DNA of 64,000 nt from Nitrospirales bacterium. Lineage in GTDB: Bacteria; Nitrospirota; Nitrospiria; Nitrospirales; UBA8639. The translations under genes and the position numbers were made by a program. Shown here piece after piece: positions 36,049 through 64,000 of this stretch. The first letter of the stretch is position 1; every line of letters starts with the position of its first letter. A model generated the notes under the pieces. It saw only the letters and a program-made list of their open reading frames with translations, made no database searches and had not been told where the DNA came from. Location: positions 993,920 to 1,057,919 of the forward strand of contig CBDBCZ010000014.1 in the NCBI GenBank assembly GCA_965203295.1, written 5' to 3'.

Positions 36049-39000
36049 TAGGTCAGGGGGTGGCACAGGGTTGTAGTATGTCGCCTATCCTCTTATCTAA
36101 CTTTATTAATCAGTTGTTAGGTGAGTTTGAGAAGGCTGTGATTGGCGTTAATATTAAGAAGTATGTTCAGGTTGGGGGTCTAATGTTTGCCCAAAGATTT
36201 TGTAGGTTTAACTACTAACGCTCAGGACTGACAAACATTGATTAATGTATTACAGGGGTTTTGTAAAAAATGGAGTTTGAAATCTAACATACAAAAGAGT
36301 GCTGTTATGGTAATTTTTTTAAAGAGGTTGATATAAAGATATTCCAGAGGTTGTAAGTTACTGTTACTTGCTGGGCATTGAATTTGCAAATAATGGTTCA
36401 TGAATAGCCATGTACAGAGGGTAATAAATAGTGGAAAGAAAAATCTACATAGGGTTTTAGTAACAGTAATATCAGTACAGTTACAAGAAGGATAAGTATT
36501 GCTAGTTTCAGTACTTCACCCTGCTTTAGAATATGGTAGTGAAGTGTGGGCAGACAGCTTCCTGGAATTTTTCAGCTAGGAGATATTTGGCTGCTCTTCT
36601 AAAACATGTAGTGAAGCAGTAAGGGGGGGGGGTATGGGGTTAGAATCTATTGAAAGGCAGGAGGCATCTATAGGTGCAAACTTAAGTGGTGTTATAAAGT
36701 CAGTAATTTGTATGATGAGAGATATCCTAGCTTACTAGACAGTGAGTGGTAAGTGAAATTGTGCAGAGGTAGGCAGAGAAAGACCTGGAGGCAATACGTG
36801 CTACAACAGCGACACGAATATGTTAATACCTATCTGCATTATATCAGCTGCAGTTGATGTGCCATTCTTGTGAAATGTACAAACCTGTGAAACAGTGTAT
36901 CCATTGCGGACAGTACTGAAGTAAACAGAGTTACTCTTTCGAGTAGACCTAAAGGTAGAGCTGGCTTTACTGCTCGGGTACTGTGCCACACCTGAGAGAA
37001 GAGAGAGCAGGAATATTAAGGTAATAACTGCATGGACAAACCTGTAAGATCTTACGATAAAGGAGCAGGTACACATAAAAGGCACCGCTCTTGTTGTCTA
37101 CATGTTTTCACTCAAGAGTTCTACTATAATCTTGTTCATGGCTAGGAATGATGATGACTTCTTGCACTTACTATTTAAGGTACATGTAGTGGTACCACAT
37201 CATTGAACACATTAATTACAACTGCTTGCTAACCCTTAGTCATCAATGTTTATAGGGGTGAGGATGTTACAAGACTAGATTGCACTATTGCATATCTTCA
37301 GTTTGAACAAAATCTACTTTTTCACTTCTTGGAACATAAAACAGTAAAACGCAAAATGCAAAATTTTGTACTTCGAAGTTCCCAAGAAAGCGTTAAAACC
37401 TTCTGAGACTTCGCCAAGGCAGAGGTTAAATGAATCTATTGGCAAAGTAAAGATTAACAGCTAGCTTCTACTGATGAATCAGGTAGTCCTCACAAACAGA
37501 CACTTTAGTTCTTGTTCCAAAATCTGGCTCCAGGTGGACCAAATTTAAAAGGCCTAGCTACTTGATGTAGATGACCAGCTGCAAGTTAGAGACTCAGGTA
37601 CTTTCCTTAATGGCCCCACTTTACAAACCTCATGGACTCACAGGATCCTCTTTCAATCTCTTCTGGTGTGTCTGGGTCATCCTGTGAGAAAGGGGGTATA
37701 TTACGTACATATATGTATGCACAATCATATAGTCTGAGTATGTGCCTACACATACACTGCAACAGTAGCTATGATGGTACATGTATACAGATAATGCTAT
37801 CATGCTATCATACTCTGACAATATATACCGGTACTATTGTATTGTCTATCATTTGAATGCATTCAATGGTGTGTTCACATGTTAGGCATTGTAGTTGTTC
37901 CAGTGCTGGTGCTAGCCATATTGGTTAGGCTGTGATTGGTTACCAGAGTGCTGCAGCGGGAGCTTTAAAGTAGTACAGCTTGGCTGGTAGCATTATCACA
38001 GCTGCTGGCAAAGCTGACCGAAAATTTCCATAGTTCATGGTAGTTCTATGTGTAACAGTCACCATGCTGTCGTGATCTGAGGGCTTGTGCTACCTGCGAA
38101 GGGCTTGGATCTGCAGAGTCAAAGCCAAGGGCTGGGCTCCCATCGTAAGGTTTGTGATTTTAGTATGAGCAAAAGGTTACCGTTTATTTGTACATATGAT
38201 TAGCTAAGAGCTGAGCTGTTATTAACTTCGTATCTGGTCTTTTTTCCTCTCTCCATAAGTTTCTCCTTCACTGTAAGATTTTTTGTGGTGAAACACACAT
38301 CACTCTATTTCACTGCATATTCATAGAGGCTGCAAGATGAGCGTGCAGAGGTGGAGAAACAGAGAGAGTACTTTACCAAGCTAAGGGAGGAATTGCAGCC
38401 TGGAAATAAACAGAAGGTGGAGTGCATGGTGCAGACTCACAATATAAAATCAACTGACTAAACTAGAGCTGGGATGGGCCAAAGAATTTTGGTACAATTT
38501 TTTTTGTGGCCAGCATACCTGATTGTATTGCAATCTACTGCACATTCTCTATTATACGAAGATACGTAAGTTTAAGTGCTACTGATTATTAATGGAGTTG
38601 TTGTAGGTGTTTACAATATAATTCTTAGGATAGACTAGTTTAGTGCAGGCGCAATTAATGACATCTCATGATTATATCAATCTTTCACTTGCTATGTATG
38701 TACATATAGCAAGTGGTGGGGTTGTACCTCTACAAAGATTTGCAGTGGACAGCTTTATAATGTTAATGTCAGACAGGGTAAGAACAATCTCAGGCCCAGC
38801 GAACCCCCTGCATGTACAGATTTGGAAGGTATTGGGGTCAAAGTACAATGTAAGATAACCTTTTCATCTCAGCAGCAAGCCTGCGCTCTAACTGTGACTC
38901 AGATTCATGTCTAATCCGATCTTTTGCCTAGTAGCAGCAAAGGAAAGGGAAATAAGTTCAAATATTTGCACTGTAATATAACGATCATTTGGACAGCTTA

Positions 39001-39962
39001 TTGGAACACTTCAGACTCACTAATGTCTCTACTGCTACCATGAAGAAGCTGAACATTTAAGAAAACAATTGCTACATTATTCTGCATCCAAACTACATGG
39101 GTAAGAGTTGACTCATTAGTCTACCAGGCTATTGAAAGGTTCGTCACAACTCTGCAGCTGGTTGCTGGTAGTATACGTATACATGTACATCTAACATGAT
39201 CAGTAACGTAATTTGGCAAAAACATGCATATGTACACATCACACATATGTATGTTACTTCTCTACATACATCATTCACAAATTACATACCAATTATTATT
39301 TCCAGGTCTGCTATCTTGCCATACGAGGCATCTCTCTCAGGCTGAGCTTGACTCATTAGTTGTTGGTGGGCCTCCAGAACTGCTGCCTATGAAGGAGAGG
39401 TACTGGGAGAATCATTTCAACAGCAGTAGATTCAGCATGGCAGATTTGTCTCAATCGCACCCTTCCCACCTTTTGCTTTTGAGCTTTTTCCCTTTCTCTT
39501 TCAATCCTCTCAATTTCTTCATGACCCAAAATATTCTCCCTATAGCAGCGGTATGTAGATATGGGCTGTATCTCAATTATCGCGAATAGCTAGTATGGTC
39601 TAGCTGTTGAGTCTGGTATGTTTGTACACGTATTCTAGCTGTGGTTATATCTTAATTATTATACTAATAGTATGAACCTGTGTTCAAGCTGTTGCTTCAA
39701 CTTTGTGATCTCTTGCTTATAGGCTGACAGCAATGCTTTCTGTGACATGTCCTTGTTGATCTGCGCAGTGGTATTGATACTTTTTGCCCTGAGTATTCAA
39801 ATGTGGGTATAGAAAGAGAATACTGCTAAGAAAAAACTGATAAGGGGCATAATCAACTGTTTTAATAAGTGTAAAGACAAACCAATCTGAAGGAAAGCAG
39901 ATTTAGCCAGTGACTCTGAACACAACACTAGGTGTGCTAGTAGTGGTATGTGGCTGCCAGCA
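36049..39962. repeat. Partial third variant of the ~10.6-kb unit (= 6731-10633)
   Basis: taggtcagggggtggcacaggg at 36049 and 6731; identical ORFs at 36801/7486 and 37630/8315. Confidence 0.95.

Positions 39963-64000
<24,038 letters not shown>

Overview
Eukaryotic genomic DNA (GT-AG introns, microsatellites, dense transposon debris); an animal, possibly a sponge, but that is inference from repeat style only. No prokaryotic operon, CRISPR, rRNA or tRNA is supported. The window is a nested segmental duplication. A ~10.6-kb unit (position 1 recurs at 10634, 39963 and 50617, plus a partial copy at 36049-39962) carries a minus-strand kinesin pseudogene, Helitron fragments and a dead LINE. This sits inside a near-identical ~40-kb higher-order duplication (1-25909 = 39963-63738), which also carries intact Ig-like and Thr-rich stalk exons and a broken cbEGF exon. 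The two large copies differ by (i) a 2.1-kb transposon with ~335-bp TIRs, a perfect 9-bp TSD and a RecQ-type helicase fragment, whose empty site is visible in the other copy, and (ii) a 9.2-kb block that starts with an 860-bp inverted duplication of an unidentified, strand-skewed multi-ORF sequence punctuated by a recurring ATGTAGGGATG(G)CAC motif. A family of TAG..CTA MITEs with 9-bp TSDs (AcademH-like) is scattered throughout. All alignments and translations were done by eye.
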